Origin: Candidatus Nanopelagicales bacterium
Lineage (GTDB): Bacteria; Actinomycetota; Actinomycetes; S36-B12; UBA10799
NCBI GenBank assembly: GCA_018003655.1
Contig: JAGNDY010000003.1
Span: 4,728-68,727 of the forward strand
Direction of reading: 5' to 3'
Length of the DNA stretch: 64,000 nt
Positions 16,642 to 26,694 of this stretch are shown here, piece after piece. The notes beneath the pieces are model-generated. The model made no database searches and was not told where the DNA came from. It saw only the letters and a program-made list of their open reading frames with translations. The position numbers were made by a program, and so were the translations under genes. Each line of letters opens with the position of its first letter. Within the stretch, counting starts at the first letter, position 1.

Positions 16642-18548
16642 GCATTTCGTCTCCACCGCGGCCACCGCGGCAGTCCGGCGAGTCATCGCGAGATCGTGGG
16701 CGGCGATCGGCAGGCAAGCGGCCGGACAGCGGTGCCACTGGATTGATTGGGCGCCTGTACGCCTCGGCCAAGGCGCCGTTCCGGCTCAGTGATGGCAAGG
16801 GGCGGTTGCGCGCGCTGTTGCTCGCCGCGTTGTTTGTCTTCACGTTGTTCGGGGCCCGGCTGATCGATCTCCAGGCGATCCACGCAGATGCGATGGCCGC
16901 AGAAGCGCGGGGTTCCCGGACTGTCACCGTGACGGTACCGGCCGAACGGGGAACCATTTACGACTCCAATGGCGTTGCGCTTGCCCAGTCCATCCCGGCT
17001 CGCGACGTCACGGTCGACCCCTACGAGGTGAAGAACCCGACCGACTACGCGGCCAAGTTGTCCCCGATCGTGGCCGTATCGGAGGCGAAGATCCTCCAGG
17101 CCCTCACGCCCCGGACGAATGCCGCCGGCCGAGAGGTTCATTTCGCCTACATCGCTCGCAGGGTCACGCTTGACGGCTGGAACCAGATCAACGCGATGGA
17201 GCTCCCCGGCATCTTCAGTGAACCAGCCTCAAAACGGGTCTATCCGTCTCAATCACTGGCGGGCAACCTGCTGGGTTACACGAACTTCGAAGGTGTCGGT
17301 GCCGCCGGACTTGAGAGTGCCTACAACCAGCAGCTCGCGGGCGTGGATGGCAAGAAGACGTTCGAACGGTCCGCTACCGGAGGGGAGATCCCGACCGGCA
17401 GCGGTAGCGAGACGCAGGAAACGCCTGGCACCAGCCTGCACCTGAGTATCAATCGGGACTTGCAATGGATCGCGCAACAGGCAATCACCAAGCGGGTCAA
17501 GGAAATCAAGGCCGACAGCGCAGTCGTCGTCGCGATGGAACCAGCGACCGGCCGCATCGTCGCCCTGGCGCAGGCCCCGACTGGCAACCCGAACGACGCG
17601 AACATCAAAGAATCCGACCTTCGCAACCATGCGATCGACCAAGCATTCGAGCCCGGCTCCACCAGCAAGGTCATGACCATGGCCGCCGTCCTCAACGAGG
17701 GCAAAGCGGATCCGTCAACCGTCATCCGGGTTCCGAATCAGCTACTCCGCGGCGGCACTTACTTCCACGATGACGTCAGCCACCCGGTGTACAAGATGAC
17801 TCTCGCCGGCGTTTTGGCACAGTCCAGCAACATCGGCACTATCCAAGCCGCCGAGAAGATCGGCGGACCGAAGCTGTACGAGTATTTGCAGCGCTTCGGT
17901 GTCGGGCAACCGAGTGGATTGGGTCTGCCGGGGGAGACCACCGGCTACGTGCCACCGCCAGAGAAGTGGTCACCAACGTCGTTCCCAACGATTGCGTTTG
18001 GTCAGGGTTTGTCGGTCAACGCCATCCAGGCAGCAAGCGTCTTCGCGACCGTGGCAAACGGCGGCGTGCGCGTGACGCCCCAGGTCATCGACTCCAAGAC
18101 GCTGCCCGACGGCACGACGGAGCAGGCGCCCGCTCCCAACTCCGTACGAGTCGTCTCCGATGAGACGGCCAAGACGCTCATCACGATGATGGAGGAAGTG
18201 GTCGGCAAGCACGGCACCGCCCCGATGGCCGCTATCGACGGCTACCGAGTGGCTGGCAAGACCGGAACCGCGTTCCGCTACGACGATAAGAAGGGCCGCT
18301 ACGACGGCTACGTCGCGTCGTTCATCGGCCTCGCACCTGCCGACGATCCGAAGCTGGTGGTCGCGGTGATTTCGCAGAACCCGAAGGCCGAGCACTTCGG
18401 CGGCGTCACCGGTGGCCCCGTCTTCAAAGAGGTCATGAGCGCTGCACTGCAGATGATGAAGGTCCCACCATCGGGCACCAAGGCACCTGAGCTACCGCTG
18501 CATGCCCCGGGTTCCACCAAGGGTGGCCCGTGGAACTGGGACAACTAG
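16638..18548 (+). CDS. ftsI: penicillin-binding protein 2 / FtsI (class B PBP)
   Basis: N-terminal TM and dimerisation domain. Transpeptidase motifs STSK (EPGSTSKVMT), SSN (AQSSNIG) and KTGT (AGKTGTA). Confidence 0.9.
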   Translation: MSISSPPRPPRQSGESSRDRGRRSAGKRPDSGATGLIGRLYASAKAPFRLSDGKGRLRALLLAALFVFTLFGARLIDLQAIHADAMAAEARGSRTVTVTVPAERGTIYDSNGVALAQSIPARDVTVDPYEVKNPTDYAAKLSPIVAVSEAKILQALTPRTNAAGREVHFAYIARRVTLDGWNQINAMELPGIFSEPASKRVYPSQSLAGNLLGYTNFEGVGAAGLESAYNQQLAGVDGKKTFERSATGGEIPTGSGSETQETPGTSLHLSINRDLQWIAQQAITKRVKEIKADSAVVVAMEPATGRIVALAQAPTGNPNDANIKESDLRNHAIDQAFEPGSTSKVMTMAAVLNEGKADPSTVIRVPNQLLRGGTYFHDDVSHPVYKMTLAGVLAQSSNIGTIQAAEKIGGPKLYEYLQRFGVGQPSGLGLPGETTGYVPPPEKWSPTSFPTIAFGQGLSVNAIQAASVFATVANGGVRVTPQVIDSKTLPDGTTEQAPAPNSVRVVSDETAKTLITMMEEVVGKHGTAPMAAIDGYRVAGKTGTAFRYDDKKGRYDGYVASFIGLAPADDPKLVVAVISQNPKAEHFGGVTGGPVFKEVMSAALQMMKVPPSGTKAPELPLHAPGSTKGGPWNWDN

Positions 18549-18556
18549 GCCGGACC

Positions 18557-20086
18557 ATGGTTCGCCCCACTCCGGTTGCTCGACCTCTTGGGCAACTGCA
18601 GGACATCCTGCCCGTTGCCAAGGAGTTCGCCGAGGTGACCGTGACGGGGATTTCGTTGGATTCCCGTCAGATCGTCCCCGGCGACATATACGCGGCGCTG
18701 GCCGGTGAGCACCACCACGGCGCGGAATTTTCCTCCGATGCCGTTGCGGCTGGCGCAGTCGCAATCCTGACCGATCGGCAAGGAGAGCGCGTTGCCAGCG
18801 AGCTCGCCGTTCCAGTGCTGGTTGCCGAGGATCCGCGAGCGTTGCTTGGCGCAGTCTCCGCGTGGGTCTACGGCAATCCGAGCCAGCGCATGACCCTGAT
18901 CGGCGTGACGGGAACTGACGGCAAGACCACCACCACGATGTTCCTCGAGGCTGCGCTGAGGGGCTGCGGGCACCCCACCGGGCTCATCGGAACGATCGTT
19001 ACCAGCTTGAACGGTGAGGAACTGCCATCCGTGCGAACCACCCCGGAGGCACCCGATCTGCAAGCCCTGCTTGCCGTGATGCACGAGCGCGGCGTCACCC
19101 ATGTGGCGATGGAGGTGTCGAGTCACGCCCTTGCACTGGGCCGAGTGAACGCCATCGACTTCGACCTGGCGATCTTCACGAACTTGGGCCACGACCACCT
19201 CGATTTCCATGGCGACCAGCAGCACTATTTTGAAGCCAAGGCGGCGCTGTTCACCCCCAGCTACGCTCGGCGAGCGTTGATCTGTGTCGATGACGAGTGG
19301 GGTCGTGAACTCGCGGCCAGGGCCGCCATTGCCACCGACACCTACTCCGTGTGGGAGCCGACACTGGCCGCAAGCGCAGCTGGCGCCGATTGGCAGGCAG
19401 CCAAACTGACCGGCAGAGGTGTCGGCTGGTCCTATGAGTTGTCGCACGGGACGGGCCACGTGGTGGCTGGCACGTCGGTGCCAGGTGTCTTCAACGTGCG
19501 CAATGCGGTGGCTGCGACCGCCGCGGCAGTCCTGGTCGGTTGTCCGCTGGCTGCGGTCGTTCGATCAGTGAGGGAGTACCCGGGGGCGCCTGGGCGAATG
19601 GAGTCGGTGAGTTCAGACCGGCCGTTCGCCGTACTGGTCGACTACGCGCACACCCCGGATGCCGTCGAGCGAGCACTGCTGGTTGGAAGGGAAACTGCAT
19701 CCCGAACGGATGGCAGACTGCTCGTCGTGCTCGGCTGCGGCGGGGATCGAGACCGTGCCAAACGACCCAAAATGGGTGCCACAGCGGTGCGCCTCGCTGA
19801 CGTGGTCATCATTACGGACGACAATCCTCGATCAGAGGACCCGGCCGATATTCGTCGGGAGATTCTTGCCGGAGCCTGGTCGGTCACGGACGGTCCGGTT
19901 GGCACGGTGGTGGAACGAGCCGGTCGGGAGGAAGCGTTGCAGGAGATAGTGGCGCTCGCCAAACCGGGCGACGTCGTGATGGCATTGGGTAAAGGTCACG
20001 AAGTTGGCCAAGAGATCGCCGGAGTGGTGCACCCCCTCGATGACCGCGCTGTGTTGCGCGCAGCTCTGACCCCGGATCAGCGATGA
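18557..20086 (+). CDS. murE: UDP-N-acetylmuramoyl-L-alanyl-D-glutamate--2,6-diaminopimelate ligase
   Basis: GVTGTDGKTTT P-loop, a DNPR motif (ITDDNPRSEDP) and its position in the dcw cluster. I chose ATG 18557; the ORF opens at 18530. Confidence 0.9.
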   Translation: MVRPTPVARPLGQLQDILPVAKEFAEVTVTGISLDSRQIVPGDIYAALAGEHHHGAEFSSDAVAAGAVAILTDRQGERVASELAVPVLVAEDPRALLGAVSAWVYGNPSQRMTLIGVTGTDGKTTTTMFLEAALRGCGHPTGLIGTIVTSLNGEELPSVRTTPEAPDLQALLAVMHERGVTHVAMEVSSHALALGRVNAIDFDLAIFTNLGHDHLDFHGDQQHYFEAKAALFTPSYARRALICVDDEWGRELAARAAIATDTYSVWEPTLAASAAGADWQAAKLTGRGVGWSYELSHGTGHVVAGTSVPGVFNVRNAVAATAAAVLVGCPLAAVVRSVREYPGAPGRMESVSSDRPFAVLVDYAHTPDAVERALLVGRETASRTDGRLLVVLGCGGDRDRAKRPKMGATAVRLADVVIITDDNPRSEDPADIRREILAGAWSVTDGPVGTVVERAGREEALQEIVALAKPGDVVMALGKGHEVGQEIAGVVHPLDDRAVLRAALTPDQR

Positions 20087-21483
20087 TCCCGATCTCGCTC
20101 GCTGAGGTAGTCGCTGCGGTAGCAGGGACGGCGCCATGGCTACCCGAAGCTGCTAACACGATGGTCACCGGTGACGTCTTGCACGACTCCCGCAAGGTGA
20201 GCAATGGTGACCTGTTTGTCGCCATCGCTGGCGACTCCTACGACGGACACGACTTTGTCGCCGACGCGTTGGCCGCCGGCGCGGTGGCGGCGATTGTCAG
20301 TAGACCAACCGAGGGCCGAACCATTGAGGTCGCCGACTCGGTCTCGGCGTTGGGACTGTTGGCCCACGCGGTGCTGGCCCGATTGCCGAACACGCGGGTC
20401 GTTGCCTTGACCGGCTCAAGTGGGAAGACCAGCACGAAGGACATGCTCGCCGCAGTGTTTGGCGCGGCTGGTCCCACCGTCGCACCTGCCGGATCGTTCA
20501 ACAATGAGTTGGGTCTGCCCATGACCGTGCTCAGTGTCGACGCCGATACGCAGTGGCTGGTGTTGGAGATGGGTGCGCGATCGATCGGTCACATTCAGAC
20601 TCTGTGCGAGATTGCTGCCCCCGATGTCGGCATGGTGCTCAACGTTGGGTCGGCCCACGTCGGCGAATTCGGTGGAGCGGACAAGATCGCCGAGGCGAAG
20701 TCGGAATTGGTCGCGGCGCTGAAGCCCAGTGGCACCGCCGTGCTCAACGCCGATGACCCACGAGTGTCGACCATGGTGCAACTGACTCGGGGACGCGTCT
20801 GGTGGTTCGGCTCAGGGGCCGACTGCCACGTGCAGATCGTGTCGGTTGAACTCGACGAACTCGCACGACCGACCGTGGTGCTGCGAATCCTGGACGAACT
20901 CTTCACAGTCCCGCTGCAAACCCACGGCGCCCACCAGGCCCTCAATGCCGCCGCCGCTGCGGCCGCTGCAGCATCGGTGGGTATCCCGGCGCGGGAGATC
21001 GTCGACTCGTTGGCGAAGGCCCGCGCAGCAAGCAGGTGGCGGATGGAAGTGACGCAGACCGCCGATGGCGTCACGGTTGTCAACGATGCGTACAACGCCA
21101 ACCCAGAGTCGATGGCAGTCGCATTGCAGGCGCTGGCTTCGATGGGTACTAACCGAAAGACGTGGGCGGTCCTGGGCGAGATGCTTGAGCTTGGCGATGA
21201 CTCGTTGACCGCCCACGACGCGACGGGTCGACTTGCTTTGCGGCTCGGTATTGATCGGGTCATTGGAGTCGGGCCGGGTGCGCGACGTATCGTGCTCGGG
21301 GCAGCCAGTGAGGGCTACTTCAACGGTGAGGCCGAAGCTGTCCCTGACCTCAAGGCAGCCGCAGCTCTACTGAAGGAAGGCGTTGAACCAGGTGACATCG
21401 TGTTGCTGAAGGCGTCTCGAGCTGTTGGCTTGGAGCGATTGGTGGGCTCAATCATCGAGGACCACGGAGGCAGCACAGCGTGA
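20083..21483 (+). CDS. murF: UDP-N-acetylmuramoyl-tripeptide--D-alanyl-D-alanine ligase
   Basis: LTGSSGKTSTKDM P-loop, Mur ligase middle and C-terminal domains, and ATGA overlap with murE. Confidence 0.9.
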   Translation: MIPISLAEVVAAVAGTAPWLPEAANTMVTGDVLHDSRKVSNGDLFVAIAGDSYDGHDFVADALAAGAVAAIVSRPTEGRTIEVADSVSALGLLAHAVLARLPNTRVVALTGSSGKTSTKDMLAAVFGAAGPTVAPAGSFNNELGLPMTVLSVDADTQWLVLEMGARSIGHIQTLCEIAAPDVGMVLNVGSAHVGEFGGADKIAEAKSELVAALKPSGTAVLNADDPRVSTMVQLTRGRVWWFGSGADCHVQIVSVELDELARPTVVLRILDELFTVPLQTHGAHQALNAAAAAAAAASVGIPAREIVDSLAKARAASRWRMEVTQTADGVTVVNDAYNANPESMAVALQALASMGTNRKTWAVLGEMLELGDDSLTAHDATGRLALRLGIDRVIGVGPGARRIVLGAASEGYFNGEAEAVPDLKAAAALLKEGVEPGDIVLLKASRAVGLERLVGSIIEDHGGSTA

Positions 21484-22547
21484 TCTTCGTGCTGGTCTCG
21501 GCGGGCATCGCGCTGCTGACGACGTTGTTCTTCACCCCATTCCTCATCAAACTCCTGCGGCGACGCGGTCTGGAACAAGCCATCCGGGTCTCCACGGTGG
21601 AGGAGCCGTACCCCGAGCATTCGGGGAAGCTGGGTACACCATCCATGGGTGGTGCCGCGATCATCGTCGCCGTCTTGCTGGGATACGCGGCCTCACACAT
21701 CGTGGCCCAACGCGCGCCGACGGCTTCTGGTTTGTTGGCGCTGTACCTGATGGTCGGCCTCGGCACTGTAGGGCTGATCGACGATTACATGAAGATCTTC
21801 CGACATCGCAGTACCGGCATCCGGGCGCGAACCAAGTTGATCGGCCAGGCAGTCATTGCGGTCAGCTTCGCGTGGTTCGCCATTCAGTTCCCCGATTCCG
21901 ACGGCATCACGCCAGCATCCCGGGCAATCTCGATCGTGCGTGACACTCCGTTGGTGCTGCCAACGGCGGTGTTCATGCTGTGGATCTGGTTCCTGGTCAC
22001 CGCGACCACGAATGCGGTCAACCTGACCGACGGATTGGACGGGCTGGCGACAGGGGCCTCGGTGATGACTTTTGTCGCGTACACCCTGTTGGCGGTGTGG
22101 CAGTACGGCCAGAGTTGTTCTCTTGAGGTGTTCAGCCGCTGCTACGAGGTTCGTGACCCGTTGGATTTGGCCATCCTCGCGTCTGCCCTCGCGGGAGCGT
22201 GTTTTGGCTTCCTCTGGTGGAACACGTCGCCAGCTCAGATCTTCATGGGAGACACCGGCTCGCTGGCTCTCGGTGGAGCGATCGCGGCTCTCGCGGTGCT
22301 CACCCAAACCGAGATGCTGTTGCCTTTCCTGGGCGGGATATTCGTGTTGGTGGCACTTTCAGTTATCGGCCAAGTTGGCTCCTTCAAACTCACGGGCAAG
22401 CGGATGTTCCGGATGGCTCCGCTACACCACCACTTCGAGATGAAGGGCTGGGGAGAGGTCACCATCGTGGTGCGGTTCTGGATCATCCAAGGCTTGCTCA
22501 TTGGGGTGGGGTTAGGCCTCTTCTACGGTGAATGGGTACGGGCCTGA
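21480..22547 (+). CDS. mraY: phospho-N-acetylmuramoyl-pentapeptide transferase
   Basis: NAVNLTDGLDGLA, MGDTGSLALGG, APLHHHFE; 10 TM protein. Confidence 0.95.
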   Translation: MIFVLVSAGIALLTTLFFTPFLIKLLRRRGLEQAIRVSTVEEPYPEHSGKLGTPSMGGAAIIVAVLLGYAASHIVAQRAPTASGLLALYLMVGLGTVGLIDDYMKIFRHRSTGIRARTKLIGQAVIAVSFAWFAIQFPDSDGITPASRAISIVRDTPLVLPTAVFMLWIWFLVTATTNAVNLTDGLDGLATGASVMTFVAYTLLAVWQYGQSCSLEVFSRCYEVRDPLDLAILASALAGACFGFLWWNTSPAQIFMGDTGSLALGGAIAALAVLTQTEMLLPFLGGIFVLVALSVIGQVGSFKLTGKRMFRMAPLHHHFEMKGWGEVTIVVRFWIIQGLLIGVGLGLFYGEWVRA

Positions 22548-23983
22548 TGTCGGGGATGGCCTCGTGGGTCGATCGCAGGGTGACTGTCGTCGGCTTGGGG
22601 ATCGCCGGTTTTGCCTGCGCTGACGCGCTGATGCAACGCGGGGCGACGGTCACGATCGTGGATGCCGCCGACGGCGCCGCCCAGCAGGAAAGAGCGTCCG
22701 TGCTGGGAATTTTGGGCGCAGTGACACGGCTCGGACAGGAACCCAGGGTCGACCGCGATTGCGACCTGCTGGTCGTCTCACCAGGAGTCCGCCCGGGTGC
22801 TGGTGTGATCCGAGAAGCTCAAGCGCATGGAACGCCCGTCTGGGGCGAACTCGAACTCGCCTGGCAGCTTCGAGGCGACAACCCAGCAGCCTGGTTGTTC
22901 ATCTCCGGGACCAACGGCAAGACCACGGCCACGCTGATGCTGGAATCCATGCTCAAGGCGGCCGGAAAGATCACGGCTGCGGTTGGCAACATCGGCGTAA
23001 GTCTGGTGGAGACTGTCACCTCCGGGATCGACTTCGACGTGTTGGCGATCGAGGTGGGTGCGCCGCAATTACCGTTCGTTCACTCCGTCAGCCCGTTGGC
23101 ATCGGCGTGCCTGAACGTGGCGGAGGATCACGTGGATCACTTTGGTTCCTTCGAGGCATACGTCGCCGCCAAGTCCCAGGTCTATTGGCGAACCCAACGC
23201 GCCTGCATCTACAACGCCGAGGATGCCATGACCGAGCAGATGGTTCGCGACGCAGAGGTGGTCGAGGGCTGCCGAGCCGTTGGATTCACCCTGGGCATCC
23301 CGAGCGTCTCGATGCTCGGCGTGGTGGACGACTTCCTCGTTGATCGCGCGTTCGTGGACAACCGCCAAACACACGCCCAGGAACTGGCCAGTGTCGCGGA
23401 TGTGCGACCCGCCGCACCTCACAACGTCGCCAACGCGTTGGCCGCCGCCGGGCTGGCTCGTGCGTACGGCGTACCGGCCGGTGCGGTTCGGGAGGGGCTG
23501 CGGAACTTCACTCCGGCCGAACATCGCATAGCCGAGGTCGGAATGGTCAATGATGTCCGATATGTGGACGATTCGAAGGCGACGAACTGCCACGCGGCCC
23601 AGACCAGTCTGAGCGCCTATGAGTCGGTGGTGTGGATCGCTGGGGGCCTGGCAAAGGGTCAGCGCTTCGACGAATTGGTCCAAGAGACTGCCGGACGTAT
23701 GCGTGGGGTCGTCTTACTCGGGCAGGACCGGGGAGTAATCCGCGAAGCACTAGCCCGACACGCGCCGCAGGTGCCCGTGGAAGAGGTGGCGTCGACGGAG
23801 ACTAGGGCGATGGCCGAGGTCGTTTGGCTAGCGCAGCAGATGGCGCAACCAGGCGACACGGTGTTGCTCGCTCCTGGCTGCGCGTCGTGGGACATGTACC
23901 GCGACTACACAGCTCGTGGCGATGCCTTCACTGACGAGGTCAAAGTACTGATTGAGCGGGCGTCGGGTACGTCTGAGGGTTAG
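22547..23983 (+). CDS. murD: UDP-N-acetylmuramoylalanine--D-glutamate ligase
   Basis: VVGLGIAGFACADAL Rossmann-like N-terminus and ISGTNGKTTAT P-loop. ATG 22547 overlaps the mraY stop (TGATG); the ORF opens at 22532. Confidence 0.9.
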   Translation: MSGMASWVDRRVTVVGLGIAGFACADALMQRGATVTIVDAADGAAQQERASVLGILGAVTRLGQEPRVDRDCDLLVVSPGVRPGAGVIREAQAHGTPVWGELELAWQLRGDNPAAWLFISGTNGKTTATLMLESMLKAAGKITAAVGNIGVSLVETVTSGIDFDVLAIEVGAPQLPFVHSVSPLASACLNVAEDHVDHFGSFEAYVAAKSQVYWRTQRACIYNAEDAMTEQMVRDAEVVEGCRAVGFTLGIPSVSMLGVVDDFLVDRAFVDNRQTHAQELASVADVRPAAPHNVANALAAAGLARAYGVPAGAVREGLRNFTPAEHRIAEVGMVNDVRYVDDSKATNCHAAQTSLSAYESVVWIAGGLAKGQRFDELVQETAGRMRGVVLLGQDRGVIREALARHAPQVPVEEVASTETRAMAEVVWLAQQMAQPGDTVLLAPGCASWDMYRDYTARGDAFTDEVKVLIERASGTSEG

Positions 23984-24004
23984 TCGCGTGGGAGGGAGCC
24001 GCCG

Positions 24005-25621
24005 GTGAGTTTCAGCGATCCCTACCGACGGCGCAACCGAGCCACTGAAGCGGCTGTCTCCGAGCCACGCCAGATATCGGTCACTGATTCCGACCAATCG
24101 TCCGGCAGCCGCGCTGATCGGGCCCCGGCGGAGCGTCGAAAGCTCTTCTCGCTTGGCAAGGCGATGAAGCATCCGCTGGCCGACTACGGCTTCCTGCTCG
24201 GCGCGGTCATGCTCCTCATCGTTGTCGGCCTGATCATGGTGCTGTCGGCCTCGACCGTTTTCTCGTTTCGCAGCACTGGCTCGAGCTACACGCTGTTCAT
24301 TCGCCAGGCGATGTTCGCCGTACTGGGGATCATCGCGATGTTCGTGCTCTCGCGAATGCCGATCAACTTCTTCCGGCGAATGGCGACGCCGGCTCTGATC
24401 GCGTCCGTGATCACCCTCCTGCTGGTGTTGGTCCCGGGCATTGGCGTCAGCGTCAACGGCCAGCGGAACTGGATCTCTCTTGGCGGACCCTTCCGACTCC
24501 AGCCGAGTGAGTTCGCCAAGTTCGCGCTGATCCTCTGGGTTGCCGACCTTTTGTGCCGAAGACGGGACAAGGTTGAGGGCTGGAAGTCACTGCTCATGCC
24601 GCTGGCCCCCGTCGCCGGCGCCGTGGTCTTCCTCATTCTGATGGAAGGTGACCTAGGTACGACTCTGGTCATCATGCCGATCGTCGCTGCGATCCTGCTC
24701 ATCGCTGGCGCACCGATGAAGCTCTTCGGGTGGATGGGGGGCGCGGTACTCGCGCTCATCGGGTTGATGTCGGTCACCACGCCGTACCGGTTGCAACGGT
24801 TCGCCACCTGGCTCGACCCAGCAAGCGATCCAACGGGCGCGGGTTGGCAGGTCATCCACGGGCAATACGCCCTGGCTACCGGGGGGTGGTGGGGCGTCGG
24901 CCTCGGTGCCAGCCGGGAAAAGTGGGGTTTCCTCCCGGAGGCGCAAACCGACTTCATCCTCGCGGTGATCGGCGAGGAACTCGGACTCGTTGGCACGATC
25001 AGTGTGCTCACACTCTTTGCCGTGGTGGCGATCGTCATCGCCCAGATTGCGATGCGAACTGGTGACGAATTCGTGCGGTTGGCGACCACGGGCGTGGGCA
25101 TCTGGGTCGTCATGCAGGCACTGATCAACATTGGTGCGGTGCTGGGCGCATTGCCGATCACCGGATTGCCGCTGCCGCTGGTCTCGTACGGAGGCTCCTC
25201 GCTGACATTCACACTGATGGCCGTGGGGATGTTACTTGCGTTTGCGCGCGCTCAACCGAAAGCGCAGGCATTCCTCGCGCAGCGTGGCGGTGCCAAGAAA
25301 GGTCGACGCAGGCGAACCGGCGACCCGTCGAAACGCAGACGCCGTCGGAAGACGCCGTCGGTGGCTGAAGGCACCGATGCCGGGTCGACCCGGGAGTCTC
25401 GGAGCCGGACAGCTCGGACCACCTCCGGTCGGACCAGCATGGGTCGGAAAAGCAAGGCCAAGACCAGCGCCGATCGGCACTCAACTGATGAGCCGGACAC
25501 GCAGTCGCGTGGGCGACGGTCTGAGAAGAAGGCCGCGAAATCACGGGCCAGCTCAAGTCGGGCAACGTCGTCGCGGAGTTCTGGCAAACCCCGCCGCCAG
25601 TCCGAGGATCGGCAGCGGTGA
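24005..25621 (+). CDS. ftsW: SEDS-family peptidoglycan polymerase FtsW with a long basic C-terminal tail
   Basis: Polytopic SEDS core (TDFILAVIGEELGLVG, PLPLVSYGGSS) followed by about 125 residues rich in R, K, S and T. Confidence 0.9.
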   Translation: MSFSDPYRRRNRATEAAVSEPRQISVTDSDQSSGSRADRAPAERRKLFSLGKAMKHPLADYGFLLGAVMLLIVVGLIMVLSASTVFSFRSTGSSYTLFIRQAMFAVLGIIAMFVLSRMPINFFRRMATPALIASVITLLLVLVPGIGVSVNGQRNWISLGGPFRLQPSEFAKFALILWVADLLCRRRDKVEGWKSLLMPLAPVAGAVVFLILMEGDLGTTLVIMPIVAAILLIAGAPMKLFGWMGGAVLALIGLMSVTTPYRLQRFATWLDPASDPTGAGWQVIHGQYALATGGWWGVGLGASREKWGFLPEAQTDFILAVIGEELGLVGTISVLTLFAVVAIVIAQIAMRTGDEFVRLATTGVGIWVVMQALINIGAVLGALPITGLPLPLVSYGGSSLTFTLMAVGMLLAFARAQPKAQAFLAQRGGAKKGRRRRTGDPSKRRRRRKTPSVAEGTDAGSTRESRSRTARTTSGRTSMGRKSKAKTSADRHSTDEPDTQSRGRRSEKKAAKSRASSSRATSSRSSGKPRRQSEDRQR

Positions 25622-26694
25622 GGGTACTGCTCGCAGGGGGAGGAACAGCCGGACACGTAGAGCCGGCACTCAACCTTGCCGACGTCTTGACCGCACGGGA
25701 TCCCGCCACCGAGGTCGTGATGCTGGGAACCGAGCGCGGACTTGAGATGCGGCTGGTGCCCGAGCGAGGCTACGACCTTGAGCTCATCACTGCGGTACCG
25801 ATGCCGCGGCGCGCCAATGGCGACCTCATCAGACTCCCCAACCGGCTCCGCACCTCCGTTCGGGAGGTGCGGGCAATCATGGCTAGACGCCAGTCAGAGG
25901 TGGTGGTTGGCTTCGGTGGTTATGTCGCGATGCCTGCCTACCTCGCGGCGCGCCGGCGGCGTCCGATCGTCATCCATGAGGCAAATGCCAAAGCTGGCTT
26001 GGCCAACCGGGTCGGAGCGCGTTTTACCCCATTCCTGGCAGAGGCCACCCCGGGCGCGCTTCCTCATGCGATCACGCTCGGCATTCCGTTGCGCCCAGCC
26101 ATCGTTGCCCTCGATCGCGGCGCGCAACGACAGGAGGGCCGGATCGCCTTCGACCTCGATCCGGATCGGCCATGTTTATTCGTTTTCGGTGGTTCGCTGG
26201 GCGCGCGTCGAATCAACGAAGCGGTCGTCGCTGCCCTTCCACAGCTCGTTGCCGAGGGCGTTCAGGTGCTGCACGCCATCGGTACCAACAACTCCGACCA
26301 GGTCGCCGATGTCCCAGCGCAGTGTCTGCCCCATTACCGAGCCGTGACCTACATCGACCGGATGGACCTCGCCTATGCCGCCGCCGATCTTGCCCTGTGC
26401 CGAGCCGGTGCGATGACTTGTGCCGAACTCGCTGCGGTTGGACTCCCAGCGATCTATGTTCCGCTACCCATTGGCAACGGTGAGCAGCGGCTAAATGCCG
26501 CGCCCACGGTGGCAGCCGGCGGTGGAGAGTTCCTCGCCGATGCGGACTTGACCGCCGACCGGATCGCCGCTCAAGCCACGGCCTTGTTAGCCGACCCGAA
26601 GGTTCGCGAGAGGATGTCCGCAGCGGCGGCCGCACATGGCGTTCGGGATGCTGGCGCGCGATTGGCCGACATGGTGGAGTTGGCCATCCGATGA
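25618..26694 (+). CDS. murG: undecaprenyldiphospho-muramoylpentapeptide beta-N-acetylglucosaminyltransferase
   Basis: LLAGGGTAGHVEPAL and GGSLGARRINE; GTGA overlap with ftsW. Confidence 0.92.
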   Translation: MRVLLAGGGTAGHVEPALNLADVLTARDPATEVVMLGTERGLEMRLVPERGYDLELITAVPMPRRANGDLIRLPNRLRTSVREVRAIMARRQSEVVVGFGGYVAMPAYLAARRRRPIVIHEANAKAGLANRVGARFTPFLAEATPGALPHAITLGIPLRPAIVALDRGAQRQEGRIAFDLDPDRPCLFVFGGSLGARRINEAVVAALPQLVAEGVQVLHAIGTNNSDQVADVPAQCLPHYRAVTYIDRMDLAYAAADLALCRAGAMTCAELAAVGLPAIYVPLPIGNGEQRLNAAPTVAAGGGEFLADADLTADRIAAQATALLADPKVRERMSAAAAAHGVRDAGARLADMVELAIR

